Shown: positions 39,875-52,750 of the stretch, piece by piece
How the letters are laid out: the number at the start of each line of letters is the position of its first letter
Position numbering within the stretch: position 1 is the first letter of the stretch
Assembly: GCA_028534125.1 (NCBI GenBank)
Contig: CM052817.1
Location: 68,202,001 to 68,266,000 of the forward strand
Direction of reading: 5' to 3'
DNA from: Lama glama
Taxonomy: Eukaryota
Length of the DNA: 64,000 nucleotides
Program-made: the position numbers and the translations under genes
The notes under the pieces: generated by a model
The model's input: only the letters and a program-made list of their open reading frames with translations
Databases searched by the model: none
What the model was told of the DNA's origin: nothing

Positions 39875-40459
39875 TTACTTCTTGAGTTTCTTTTGGGCGG
39901 CCTTCTTCTTGACCATCTGTAATCGCTTCATGGCATTGAGCTGTGATTCTTGTGAAGTTGGACCTTTAAGGGATGCTGAGGGCGAGCTGCTCGATTCTGA
40001 AGCGGTTTTGTTAGTGGTACTTCCACTAGATCCCGATGTTCCACTATTTCCATTCCCACTTAGTTGGCTGCTGCTTCCTGGAACCAAACTACTTGGACTG
40101 GGAAGACCTACTTTGCTAACATTGTCACAACTAACTGAGCGACTAAGGCCAGTTTTGCCCAAAGTTAGAGGTGGAGGTGGTTTCAGTGGTACAGTGGGTG
40201 AAGTGCTGTTACTGGAACCTATTTTAGAACCTATTCCACTTTTGGATGATGTTGCCAGACCAGTTAAACCCACAGGCTTCTGGTTAGCTGATGAGGTAGC
40301 AGGTTTCCCGCTATTGTTTTGGGTTGTTGAATTCAATTTTGCTGTTGATGGACCAGCAGAAGAAGTTTTGGCTGCAAAAGCTGCCCATCCAGTTAGGCCA
40401 CTAGTTACTGAAGAGGAAACATTGGTACTAGAAGAATTTCCTGAAATAACCGTGGATGT
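39875..40459 (-). CDS. INTS12: INTS12 last coding exon (Ser-rich C-terminus and stop)
   Basis: Minus-strand tgttttttag|ACA acceptor; 585 nt; [11 protein letters not shown]...[10 protein letters not shown]...[26 protein letters not shown]. Confidence 0.96.
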   Translation of the reverse strand, partial: TSTVISGNSSSTNVSSSVTSGLTGWAAFAAKTSSAGPSTAKLNSTTQNNSGKPATSSANQKPVGLTGLATSSKSGIGSKIGSSNSTSPTVPLKPPPPLTLGKTGLSRSVSCDNVSKVGLPSPSSLVPGSSSQLSGNGNSGTSGSSGSTTNKTASESSSSPSASLKGPTSQESQLNAMKRLQMVKKKAAQKKLKK

Positions 40460-43325
40460 CTAAAAAACATAAGATAAATGTTACATGAGCCAAGTATAAT
40501 TAGCACGTACTATAATATTCTTATATATATAATAAGTTTAATTAAGACTTTTTATACAAAAATAATGACTTGGAAAATTTAAATCACACCACCAAAATTA
40601 AGTTCTGATGAAATAATCTGAAAAAACATACACAAAACCTATCCATGGCTAACAGGTGCCACCATTTCCAAAGCAGAAATTATGGGATGCCATATTCTTG
40701 TTCTAATCATTCCAAAAAAGAAATATATGGAATTTCTTTTAGAGGATTGCTTCTAGGTTCAGTTACAAGCCATGTTAGAAAAATTAGATTTAATGCTTTA
40801 ATTTGTTTTTCATCCTAAAAGGTTATTATTTAGCTCAGTAAAACATCTAATTCATTAGACCTTGCATCAAATGACTTGTGGATCATTTCAAAAATAGAAT
40901 CCACTCTTAATGGACAAAAATGCTCACACCCAGGATATTTAAGAGATGTCCGAGATAAAGAGATTATTCAATATTATTTATTGGGTGAATGTATGAGATT
41001 TGGAACCTATTTAAAACAAATTCCCCCCAAATTTTGAGCAAACAGCTATTGCATTGCAAAATATATACAAATGTGCAACGTTAACTGCTTGAAATTGTAC
41101 AACTCTAGTGATATATTAAAAAGCTCTCAAGATTTAATTTTCACTATTTTCCCATATTTCCACTGAAACTATCACAAAGAGATCCTCGCTTCTGTATACA
41201 GGATTTTATCAACTGCCTCATAAGCTGCACAGTGATATTTTGGGTATGTTTGACTCACTCCCAGATGTACTTCTTAAAGGTGTAACAGTTCAATTTTTCT
41301 AATTAACTTCCATGGCCAGTCAAAAGCTAACAGGGATACCAATGTCACTATAAAAATATTGTTCTTATTCACACAGGAACAATTTTTTTTCACCTTCACA
41401 TTAGGGAAAAATTCACTTTGTTCAAATTAATTATGAAACATATTTCTCACTGGTACTTTTTCTACCTTCACAGTCTTAAGAGTATGTCTTAAATAGGTAA
41501 AAAAAAGAAAGTCTTACAAATGCTATCTTATTCAAAAACACGGTGGCTATCATGCCTAAAATATACACAGTTATATTTTAGAAATGAACTCTGAATGAGT
41601 TGATAAAAATGTTTTTAGTTCTTACAAAGCAGCCTTCAATATTGTCTGCATTAAACATTTTAAACCAATGTGAAAAGTAATGAAAATAGAATGTTTTGAG
41701 ATCTTTATAAGAGGAGGGTCCAGATTATTTTTCCCATACTCTGAAAAATGACAAGATTTTTTTTTTACAGTAACATCATACAAATACTACCTCATAAGGC
41801 TATCCAGAGAAGACAAACTTTGCATAAATTACAAATTCCTAGAGGAATGCATATATAATGAGAAAAATTTAGTAAAGGAAGTAAACAGGTGTAGTAAACT
41901 TGTAATTTTCAGTTATGAAAGATTTAATGTTTTTCCTTTTTTTTCTACTCAACATAAAACTGCCTACCATCTGGCTAAATGATCTTTCAAAAAACTTCAC
42001 AAAAGAAAACACATCTGAAGTAATCAAAAAGACCAACACTTATGAAGTACCAATGAGAAAGCGAGTTCTGTATCTATGGCATTTTATTTTAATGGCTTGC
42101 TGTTACTGCTATTGCTTTTCAACTGAATAACAGATGGCTTACAATACTATCAGGATGAACACAAACAATGGAGACCAAGTATTTCTTACTGTTTTAGTGT
42201 AGGAAATAAATTTCTCAACTGTTCTTAACTTATAAATTTTTTTTGCCCATTATCCTAGTTAGAAAGCCATTTTATTTGCTTTTTATATATAAATGGGAAT
42301 AAATTTTTTATAGTAAAAATTTATTCTATTTTATAATAAAAACACCAAAACCTCTTAAATCAGAACAAACATCACAGCCAAGGCCTTAATTTATTTGCTG
42401 TAAAATAATTTCATGTTGAATTTCCTAAAAATAAACTTTAGTAGTAACAGGTTAGTATAAAAATCTACCTAAAGTGATTTAAGTATAGAATATAGCAACT
42501 CAAATTACTGTCAATAAATTATGCTTACTTCTATTCTAGTTCATCAAATTTCTATCTGACAAATCAATAATAGACATCCCTTGGATATTAACTCTTGGTA
42601 AATTAAATTTAAAATGACCTGCAAATAAAATTATCAGTATCTTTCTCAGCATACTTTATATGCATATTTTTTTTATCATCACACCAATGTTCCTGATCTT
42701 TGCTACTTATAACCACTTGGAGAAGGTTATATCTTTAGAGTTTTCTGGGTTTAACCTTTGAGAATTTGGGGCTAACATTTTTTTCTTCCATCTTTAGTAT
42801 TCTGCTTAAAATTGAAATGTATAACTCAGTAAAAGCATTCTTTTGTTATAAAATTAGATTAGAAAAATATTTTATTCCATGATATCAAAATGCCAGAATA
42901 TTAACAATAATGTAGCATGATTTCAAGGATGAAAACCTAGGAATGAGAAAGGTGATACTCTCACTAGATAATCTGGCCCCTTAAATAATAAGAGATAGGT
43001 ACCATGAAACTTAATGATAGTAGAAAAAAATAAGATAAAGCAAGAAAACTTCTCCATAAGTAGGGAGATAAAAAGCTATGGGGCCAATCAGCACAAGCAA
43101 TGTGAGGAGCAAAACTGGGGCTACTGAGAGCAAAAGTATTTAGAATTTAAAACAAATTCCGAACTGAAGAGAAATGTCTGACTACATAGGAATGGTAAAG
43201 AATGCTATCTTGGAATGCTCACAAATAGTTCCTAATTATGATAAAAGAACAACAGCAGAATTCAAAATTAAATAATTATATACAAATGTTCCCTTTCAAC
43301 CTAAAGTTAACAGTAATGCAGCCTT

Positions 43326-43520
43326 GGGGGAGGGTATAGCTCAAGTGGTAGAGCGCATGCTTAGCATGCAGGAGGTCCTGGGTTCAAGACCCAGTACCTT
43401 CTCTAAAAATAAATAAACCTAATTACCTCCCTCCCTCCCACCAACCAACAAACAAACAAAAACCAAATAAAATAAAATGCTGGCTTGAAAAAAAAGAAAA
43501 GAAACTATTTAAAAAAAAAT
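43326..43520 (+). mobile_element. tRNA-Ala-derived SINE (Vic-1-like), full length
   Basis: GGGGGAGGGTATAGCTCAAGTGGTAGAGCGCATGCTTAGCATGCAGGAGGTCCTGGGTTCAA head, AAACCTAATTACCTCCC body, A tail; 14-bp TSD agtaatgcagcctt / agtaatgcagtctt. Confidence 0.9.
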
Positions 43521-43652
43521 AGTAATGCAGTCTTAATTTCCAACATATGACCATTTACTATATAAAGTTTCTCATTAATTTTTCTTCAAGTAACTATTAT
43601 TTAGTCAACTAAGTTAAAATCCAATGTTAGAAAAAAATGGAATGTACTATAC

Positions 43653-43799
43653 CTTGACTTCTGTTCTCTTAAATGCTAGGAAAGTTGTCTCTTGTTTGAG
43701 TTTAGTTTCTGGTTTCTTAACCAAAGGATCTTTGACAGCTGGAGCTACAGAAACAACCGTGGGGGCTGGTTTCTGTGGTGGTTTCTGAGTTTTTTGAGC
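43653..43799 (-). CDS. INTS12: INTS12 coding exon 5
   Basis: tttttgtag|GCT acceptor, AAG|gtatag donor; 147 nt; [49 protein letters not shown]. Confidence 0.95.
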
Positions 43800-46700
43800 C
43801 TACAAAAATCAGTGTTAAGATTAAATTAGCTACAAAATCTTAGTTAAACGCACAAGAAAACAATAAAAATCTATCACAGGACTCCTCATTAAATTGAAAT
43901 ACAGTTGAACATTTAAAAAATATGATGACATTGAAAATACAGACTTGGAAAAATTATTTTTATCATCATTATATTAATGGTTTTACAGATTTTATTAGTT
44001 TCTAAACAGTAAAAATAATAGGAAGCTTTAATTATCATGCAGATTAGGGTAGATTAAATACCATTTTAACAAAACAAAACAAATTGTTTGAAAAAAAAGG
44101 AAAAATCACGGATTATTTGTTAGCTTCATTCATAAGGAAGCACATTTATTTCTCATTAGGGCTGGTCAAAGACAGGAGTTTTCTTCTTGGGGTTCAGGCA
44201 TGTGAGTCTCTGAGTAACAGAGGGTGAGTTAAAAGGTAATTCAGATTGATTATGTGGTTTTGAACACAGAACAGGGAGATAAAACTATTTGTGATAAATG
44301 ATGAACATTTTTGAGGTTTTTCCATAGTGCAGAACAAGTCTCACCGAATATTTAAAGTTCACAAAACACAAAATTCTTTGTTACCAAAGAGCAATTTGCA
44401 CCCACTATTCCTTTATATACATTTTCAGTTTTATTTTGACCAATAATTGATTTTTTCCTTTATTTTACAATAGGTACTTCACTAAATTCTAAAAATTTAG
44501 AACTCTATTTTTCAGTCTATTCTTTAGTGTTCTCCAGCTAGATGGTATTAACTATGTAAACCATATAGTGAGTGCAGTGTTTGAGAGGACAGTTTTTGGA
44601 GTCAAACAGGACTAGTAGTAAAACCCAGCTCAACTATTTCCCTAGCTGTTACCTCAAGTAAAATACGTACATCTCTAAAAGCCTCAATCTCATCTGCAAA
44701 ATGGAGATAAAAGCTTTTGTGTCAAAGGTGGGTTATGAGAATGGATTATGATTACATTAAGAGTTTAGAATTATATCTGGCACATGTTGAGTGCAAATAA
44801 TAATAGTTACTATTTATTTATCATCATTATTTATAAAAGATGAAAAAACTGAATCAGAAAGAACTCACCCCTACTGGATGGGTAAAGAGGTTCCCAGCTA
44901 TTTTACTGTCTTTTGACAGTCCTAATAAGGCCATGCAAGACTACATCAGGAAATTTATTAATAATGTGTTCTCATTTCTGGAAGTTTGAATGCAGTTGTT
45001 TTATCTTTGGACCTTCTCATGTAATCTTCTCGTGCTATGGTTTTCCATTCAATATAATTTTTGTCCTTAAGTTCCAATTCATCCCATTTTCTGTATTATA
45101 TACTTTACACATGAAAGTACACCTACTTTCAAACATCACTTACAAAGCAACATTCAGATCAAGAATACTATTAAGGATGCTGGAAGATATATATGGGAAA
45201 ATATCTCTAACCACCAAGAAAGATCATCTTACCCTCTACTGCAAAACCAGGTTACGAGAATGTAGCCTTCAGGGTAAATTAGAAATACATGGTTCCATAC
45301 CTATGGCTTTCAATCTTACACTTCCCTCTACCCATATGGGTAGATGTCCTTAGACTCTGAAGACCTACATAACTTGTATGCTTTAGCAGATGAAAATAGA
45401 TTACAGTGAAGCCCAGAAAGAACCTCTGCCTAGGAGAAAATGTTTGGATCTTTTTCTGCTTCCTCTATTTCATCTAGCTATCTTAGAAGTTGAGTAAGAG
45501 ATCCCCAAAACCCTTTGTCCTTTGCTGGTAATACTAGTTTAGGAAACTAGGATATTATCACTGACTCAGTGTTGTTCAACAAAAGCACTGTAATTTTTCA
45601 TTGGATGGCTGCCTCCAACAGAATGTAAGAAATTCCCCCACTCAAGTCAATAATTGTCAGTATGGCAGCAATCAAAAATACCACGTGTTTGTAAAAACTG
45701 CTGAGAAGGAATGTGTAACTGCCTTAGGTTGTAAACCACTGCAATAAGTCTCTCACCTAATGCTGGGGCAAAACCCATTACCTGGTAGAGGGAAAATTAC
45801 AGAACTGAAGAATGACCTTGGACCCTGCCACCCACTATCACAACATTCTTAACTGTCTTTCCATAATAATGTGTACTGCAGAACCTGCCCTAGTTAACCT
45901 GCCCTAGTTGGAGAAATTAGTACAAGGAGAAAGGGGATATAAGATGCTATCTATAGTATCTTCGAGACAACTTGGAGCAATAACCAATGCACACATGAAA
46001 ATCTTACTGAAGCAATTATAGTAGGAATGATTTGATTTAGCATCCTCACTATTTCCAAATTCCTTTTTCTCATTAACCCTTGTGTTTACTGGATCCTCAT
46101 CTTCAGGCTCACTTCAGATCATGCCTTTTGGTGTTTCCCTAGGTCCACTCTTGGTGTATTCTTATCATATTCTAACATTAGTCACGACTCCCCATTTAAC
46201 ACTTGACTCTTGGACACAGACTGAATTTGCTGGTGCTAATCTACATTTCCTCCATTTTATGTATTAAAACCAGAACAACAGAATGTAGAATATGTCCAGT
46301 CCTGAGCTCTGCTCTGGTGCTTTGCCAGTGAATGAGACTTGGTCTTAACAATAAATGAATTAGACATTTAATTTGTGAAGTTGATAAAGAATAAAAGGTA
46401 GCCCAGATGAAGAGAAGCTGAGAAATAGGACATACGGGAACATGAAAGTTCACCACATACTCGGGGAATGAACCATTTGGTCTGGCATGACCAGAGTATG
46501 TGGGTGTATATGGTGAAGTGGTGGGAGAGAAGGACACAAAGGTAGACTTGGGTCAAAGAGAGAAGGTCCATACATCTACCCTAATGAGGATAACTTCATT
46601 ATATAGGTAACTGAGAGTCATAAGTATGGGGCATACTTAAACAGATAAAGTTAGATAAATATTTTAGAAGAATATTCTAATTGTAGTGAGTAAAGTGGAC

Positions 46701-48177
46701 TGAAGGGAAGCAAGGAGATCTTCAGAGGCTAAAGCAAGTGACAAGAAATGGGGGATTTGTAAAACAGGCAATAAAAGTGGAACTGGGGAAAAAACTGAGT
46801 GGAGAAGAAAACAATTCTAATTTAAAAAATACAAAACTTAAAGTAACTGTAGGGTATCTGGTTAGCTGCCAAAATTCACTCCAGAAAGAGGGTTAGAACT
46901 ATAAGTATAGATTTGGTGTAACTAAGTCACAAAATATGCAGGAGGAAAAACTTAGGAGAGAACAGTGTTTACTTTATTAAGAGACTTACAATAAAATAAT
47001 AATAAACTTAGAAGATACACTAAAGAAAGCCAGATTACTGTCACAAATTTCTTATTTTGACTATTATCAATTCTTAGTGATTACTTGTGTCAATGTCCTG
47101 GAATGTACTATTTTGCTCACTCATAATCACTTTGGTTGAGGTCCTGGGCAGGGGCTAGTTTAAATAATAGACTAGATAAAAATCAGATTGAGCAGAAAAA
47201 ACCTGTACTTTGTCATAGAAATTTCCTGTTACAAAGAGAAAGTATAAATACTACCATTTTACTACTTTTCATAGTAATAAAAACAATCTATTTCTGATTT
47301 AAATGGTTAAAAAGTAAAGCAGATATCTTGATTTTTTCTGACTTTAAAAAGATATATTTGGTCAGAAAAAAATTATATAGAAATTCATTTGGTTAACAGA
47401 TATGAGAACTCTTCTATCAAGAGTCCCTAATCTAAAGAAGGGGAGGGGGCATAGGAGACACAAACAAGTCACTGAAATAAATAATAACTTGATTTCTTTA
47501 AAACGAAAATGATAACGTTCATTTGTTTACTTTTTAAATAAATAAAATTTAGAAAACTATGAATATAACAAATGAAAACGTGTTTCAGTATGAAATTCAG
47601 GGCAGTTATGTTTGTGAGCAGTAAACTGAGAAAGCACATGGGAAAATAGGATAAATGGTCAGTGGAAGACAGTGAAAAGGAAAGACTGGGGAACAGAGAG
47701 AGAAACACAGACAGAAAGACAGAGATGCAGATACAAGCAGTGCCTCTGCACACAGCTTGTAAGTTTGGTGGTTTGAGCTCACTCAAGAAGAGACATTCTA
47801 GTACTTCCTTAGTGGACTCTTCCCACAGTGCTTTGTAGTATTTTTAAATGTTTATAATTATATTTATAAATTGTTACAGATGTTTAAATGTCTATAAATA
47901 CATACTAGTAAGGAATATTCTATTTTGGTGGTCTTCAATCCTTTTTTTTTTATATTAGAACAAGCTAAAAGCTGAACACAGAAAAATACATATACATGGT
48001 GTGGTCCATTTAGGCACAGATACATTAATCATATATATACCCTATGTTCACAAACATTTAAATGATCAGCTTATCTGATTTATTTTTATCAATAGCACAA
48101 ATGCTCAAATTTTTATTTTAAAAAGCACACATCAACAAAAGAACTATTTGTTTAAAATAGAGAGAAATGATTCCTAC

Positions 48178-48337
48178 CATTCTTTTCATTTGTCTGGTAC
48201 ATCGGGCACAATACCACACAAGGCGAGGGTCATTCACTTCCTTGTCTGTCACCTGGGGCTTATGGCAATCTTGGTGGTAGAGATTATGGCATTCCTGACA
48301 TTCTACTAATTGATTACCGGATGCCACTGTCATTTGC
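48178..48337 (-). CDS. INTS12: INTS12 coding exon 4 (PHD finger)
   Basis: ttttcttag|G acceptor, ATG|gtagga donor; 160 nt; [28 protein letters not shown]...WYCARC, completing the C4HC3 PHD pattern. Confidence 0.97.
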
Positions 48338-49758
48338 CTAAGAAAATAAACCATTAAACATTACACTTATTTGAAGGCAATAATTTAAAGCCATTTTAGG
48401 GTTGTTCTGGTAAATTTTGATATATTAAAGAGGGTAAAAAACCCAGAAAACCAAAGAGCAAAATAACAAATCACAACATGCAGCCTGCATAAACACTTCA
48501 TTTTTTTTAAAGGTTATGCTCAATTATTAATAAATGTATATAAGTGACTTAGTGAGTAAATTTGGCTATATAAAACTGTCATTTCTCATTATAATTTTTT
48601 TCTTTCTCTTTGGCTAGGCCTTCAACACCTTCTTTGTACCTCTGTTAAATTCCTTTATATTTGTTGCCTACATATTGTTCTATCTTCTTCACTAATAGAT
48701 GAGCCGCCTATGGACAGAATTATCCATAGTGCCTAGCACACTACTGTGCAGACATAGGGTGTTCAAAAAACTAAATGTCTTATCAACTGAATAGAATGGA
48801 GCAATATGTATATCAAAAAGTATAAATTCTAACAGCAACAGCCTTAGACTCCTAATGGAGGGTTACAACTACTAGTTCTTTCCCCCTTACTATTTTACCA
48901 TTTATTTCTTTATATAAAAACAATAACCCTTATGGAGATAAAAGTTGAAATAAACAAATGTATATGAATACAGTGATGCTCTAACAAAATGATCCTATTC
49001 AGAAGTACATTAACTGATTATTTATATGGCTCACAAAAGTTTATAGTTATTTCCTCAGTCCCAATGCACCAGAATTTAACATTTTCATGAAGAAATTAGC
49101 AACAAAGGTTTCAATCTTCTCTGTTGTGCTAGGCAAGGAAAGTCATCAACAATTAGAAATATAGCTCCTGACATCAAAGAGTGTGAAATCTAATTATTCT
49201 GATTTTTAAAATGAATCTTTCAGTAAGCAGAATTCTGTTTTTATAATTATGTATCCATGTTTTAAAACAACATGCAGAATAACCTACATATCCATTCATT
49301 TCATTTCCATTAACCTTAGGAAAAGATTTAATGGTATTTTAGAAAATTATACATAACCATTTATTTTACAAATACTATCAACACTTCAGGAAGAAAAAAA
49401 AAGCTACAGTCTTCTTAAAAAGAAAGATGGAAATAATTAAGTCTGCTAAACAGACTCTTCCTCACTAAAGAATAAAGCCATAACTTCTTTCCCTCTAGAA
49501 TCCAAGAATGCAGAAAATGTTACTACAACATAACTGATTAAATGCCAGTCAGGAAGATAAAATCTTGACAAAGTTCAAGATGTTAAGCTGCCATATGCTA
49601 TATGGGCAGTTCACAGGGAATAGTCAACTTATCTCCTACCCACCCCCAAATAATACAAACAAAATAAAAAACACTCAACAGTTGGCCTGACTTTTTTTTT
49701 TTAACTTGTTTGTTCTTTACAAAGAAACAAAAGAATCTTGTGACAAAGTACAACTTAC

Positions 49759-49946
49759 CTACAAACAACACAGGCCAATCCCATTTCCATGGCAAAATCA
49801 TCAGCACTGGTCTCCTCAAAGCTGGAAAGGTCAGCCATAGCTAAATCCTTGCTGGTTTGGACAGTAATGGGGGAGGAGCGTGTCTCTGGTTTCTCCAGTT
49901 TAGGTTTCTTTGGAATATCAGCTCCTTCAGTGGTATCTGATTTCAT
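49759..49946 (-). CDS. INTS12: INTS12 coding exon 3
   Basis: tttttatag|ATG acceptor, TAG|gtaagt donor; 188 nt; [10 protein letters not shown]...[16 protein letters not shown] (first CxxC of the PHD). Confidence 0.96.
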
Positions 49947-50479
49947 CTATAAAAAGCATCCAATCAGAAATTAACACGTTACAGTAAACTTTAAATCACT
50001 GAGAGATGGATAAGATAGACAGTGTGCAATGATCAAGTCCACTAGACAGATATTTTCACATTGTTAGGGACAGATTACAAACCAAAGACCTGCCAAAGTT
50101 TTATAATAAGTTCATAATCAGTATGTTAAAAGAAACCAACAAGGTAGAAATACATAAATCAGAACAGTTTAGCATGCATCTATATTTCTCTTTGTACTCT
50201 TTCATCCATTAAAGACTCCTGGAACTTCAGTGGATTTACTTACACTTCCTCTTCTTTTTCACTCATTGTGTTTTGAATTGAGAAGCCACAGCACTAATAA
50301 TGCTATTCTTAAGGCTATTTTTTTATTTTAAATATTTAAAATTATAAACTACTGATAATTAAAATATATTGAAAAAAAGCAAATAATGAAATGTTACCAG
50401 TTGTCCAGGCTTAACACATTGCCATACTTGCTTCAAAGCAAATTCTGGCTCCTCTCTTTAAGATATAAATGTCATAGAT

Positions 50480-50980
50480 ACATCTGTCAGATTGCCAAAA
50501 ATTAAAAAGTCTGATAAGACATGGAGAATTTGGAATTCTTATACTCTATTGGTCAGAATATAAATTCAGTACATCTACTTCTGCCTAATAAAGTTGAAGA
50601 TGTACCTACCCTATCACATCCACTCACAGAAATATATTCTACAGAAACTATCACCATGTGCACGAAGAGATACATGTAAGCAGTTCACTGAAACTCCACT
50701 GTAATAGAGAAAAAGGAGAATTGAGCTGATTGCTTAGCAGTAGGGGAATGGGTAAACTGATTTATTCACAGAATGAATATTACATGGTAGCTGAAAAAAA
50801 TGCTCAGATATTCATGTATCAGGATAGATAAAATTCAAAAGCACACTGTTGAAGAGAAAAAGTTGCCAAAAGATATATATATGTACAGTATGATACCATT
50901 TATATACATTTAAAAGCACAAAAACAATACAATATAGTTTACAAATAGCCAATATTTAGAAAAAGTATGAAAACACTCTA
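50480..50980 (+). mobile_element. Old L1ME-like fragment
   Basis: cagattgccaaaaattaaaaagtctgataa...aaagttgaagatg...tacagtatgataccatttatata. Confidence 0.65.
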
Positions 50981-51483
50981 CCTTGAGGCAGAGGTTACTA
51001 TTTTTAAATGTATTTTTTACGAAGTGTTAAAATCCTAATAATTAACTATGTGCAGAAATCATTCAAAATCAAGAGTTATCTGTAACTCTATTAACGTACA
51101 TGTCAATCAGTAACAAATTTCATTTAGTCATTTATATCTTTATATTACAAAGATATTTTGTGTCTTTATTCTTTCCTCACCATCTTTTCCTTTCAACAAC
51201 TGTCACACCTTTGAGTTACAGATTAAAGTTTATACATGAAATGAATACATCCTCTAGGGCTCAAATATTTGTTAACAATGACTTCAGTAAGTGGTTTAAA
51301 AATGTTTCTAAATTTTAATTATTTTTCAAAAAACCAACATCTATAATTATGAAAATATATTTATTGAGTGATTATTATGTAATTTTACCCACTATTATAT
51401 ACAAAAAGTAAGCACCGAACATTGTTTCTGCCTGTAAACAATGGACTGATTGGCTAATTTACTAGAGTAAAATAAAATCTTAC

Positions 51484-51636
51484 TTTATCAGCAGGTCTCT
51501 TTTCACCTTCCTTCTTTACCTTTTCAGTTGTGAGGACCTTGCCATTATTATTGCCAGAAGGAAGACTGGATGTTGTTTTGGGCTCTTGCTTAATGGAAAC
51601 AGTTTTTGTGCTTGAAATTTTGGGTGGCTCCACATC
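51484..51636 (-). CDS. INTS12: INTS12 coding exon 2 (absent from ORF track)
   Basis: cacctgtag|GAT acceptor, AAA|gtaaga donor; 153 nt; [20 protein letters not shown]...EKRPADK. Confidence 0.95.
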
Positions 51637-51767
51637 CTACAGGTGAAATTAAAACAATATCCGTAATTAAATATTCAGACTATTTAATATATTATTAAAA
51701 ATAGATCATAAATCTAAACAATTTTCAATTAAAAATTAAGACATCATGTTGTGATCAATGTATTGTC

Positions 51768-52750
51768 TTTTTTAAAGCAACTTCATTGAGAAATAACTGA
51801 TATACGAACTGCACCTATTTAAAGTGTAAAATTTGGTAAGTTTCACTACATAGTTTCACACGTAAGAAGCCATCATTACAATCAGCATAATGAACACATC
51901 CATCATCCCTCAAAGTTTCCTTGTGGCCTTTGGCTATCACTCTTAGAAGGAGACATCCCAAAAAAATAAGCCTCCCTGAACTGCTTCTGTAACTATAGAT
52001 CACTTTGCATTTTCTAGAAATTTATATAAATGGAATCATGCAGTATATACTCTTTTTTCTGGCTTCTTTCACTTAGCATGTTAATTTTGAGATTCATCAA
52101 AGTTGTTGAATGTATAAAAAGTTCATCCCTTATGTTGCTGAATAGCATTCCATTGAACATACCATGATCTGTTTATTTGTTTACCTATTGATGGACATTT
52201 GGGTTGTTTACAGTTTGGGGTTGTAACAAATAAAACTGTTATGAACGTTCATGTACAAAACTTTATATGGACATATACTTTCATTTCTCTAGAATAAATG
52301 TCTAGGAGTGGAATGCCTGGATCGTATGATAGGTTTATGTTTAACTTTATAAGAAACTGCCAAACCATGTTCAAAAGTGGTATACCATTTTATATTTTCA
52401 TCAGGAGTATATGAGACCCAGTTCCTTCACATCCTCACATCCTCATCAGCATTTAGTATGGCCAATCTTTTTAATTTTTGACATTTTAATAGGTATGTAG
52501 TGGCATATCACTGTAGATTTATTTTACATTTTCCTAATGGCTACTGATGTTACATTTCTTCAAGTACTTATTTGCCATACATTTATCTTCTTTGGTAAAG
52601 TGTTTGTTAAAAATTTTTGCCCATTTGAAAAAAAAAGGGTTGTTTTATTATTGAATATAATTCTTCATAGATTCTGGATACAAGCTCTTTATCAGATACA
52701 TGATTTGCAAATCTTTTCTCTCAGTCTGTGGCTTGTCTATTCTTTCTGTT
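51768..52750 (-). mobile_element. Old L1MB/MC-like 3' fragment
   Basis: ttgagaaataactgatatac, ataaatggaatcatgcagtat, ttgatggacatttgggttgtttacagtttgggg, aagaaactgccaaac. Confidence 0.8.

Noticed and set aside
39882..40463. 193-aa plus-strand ORF
   Set aside because: Antisense shadow of the INTS12 last exon over the same interval; no ATG start and no independent support.
43326..43400. tRNA-Ala(AGC)-like sequences (also near 560-634, 18993 and 39539) as tRNA genes
   Set aside because: They have A-rich tails, TSDs in most copies and disrupted stems, so they are SINE heads.
44913..45353. 146-aa plus-strand ORF in an INTS12 intron
   Set aside because: TTG start, composition typical of AT-rich non-coding DNA, no recognisable homology.
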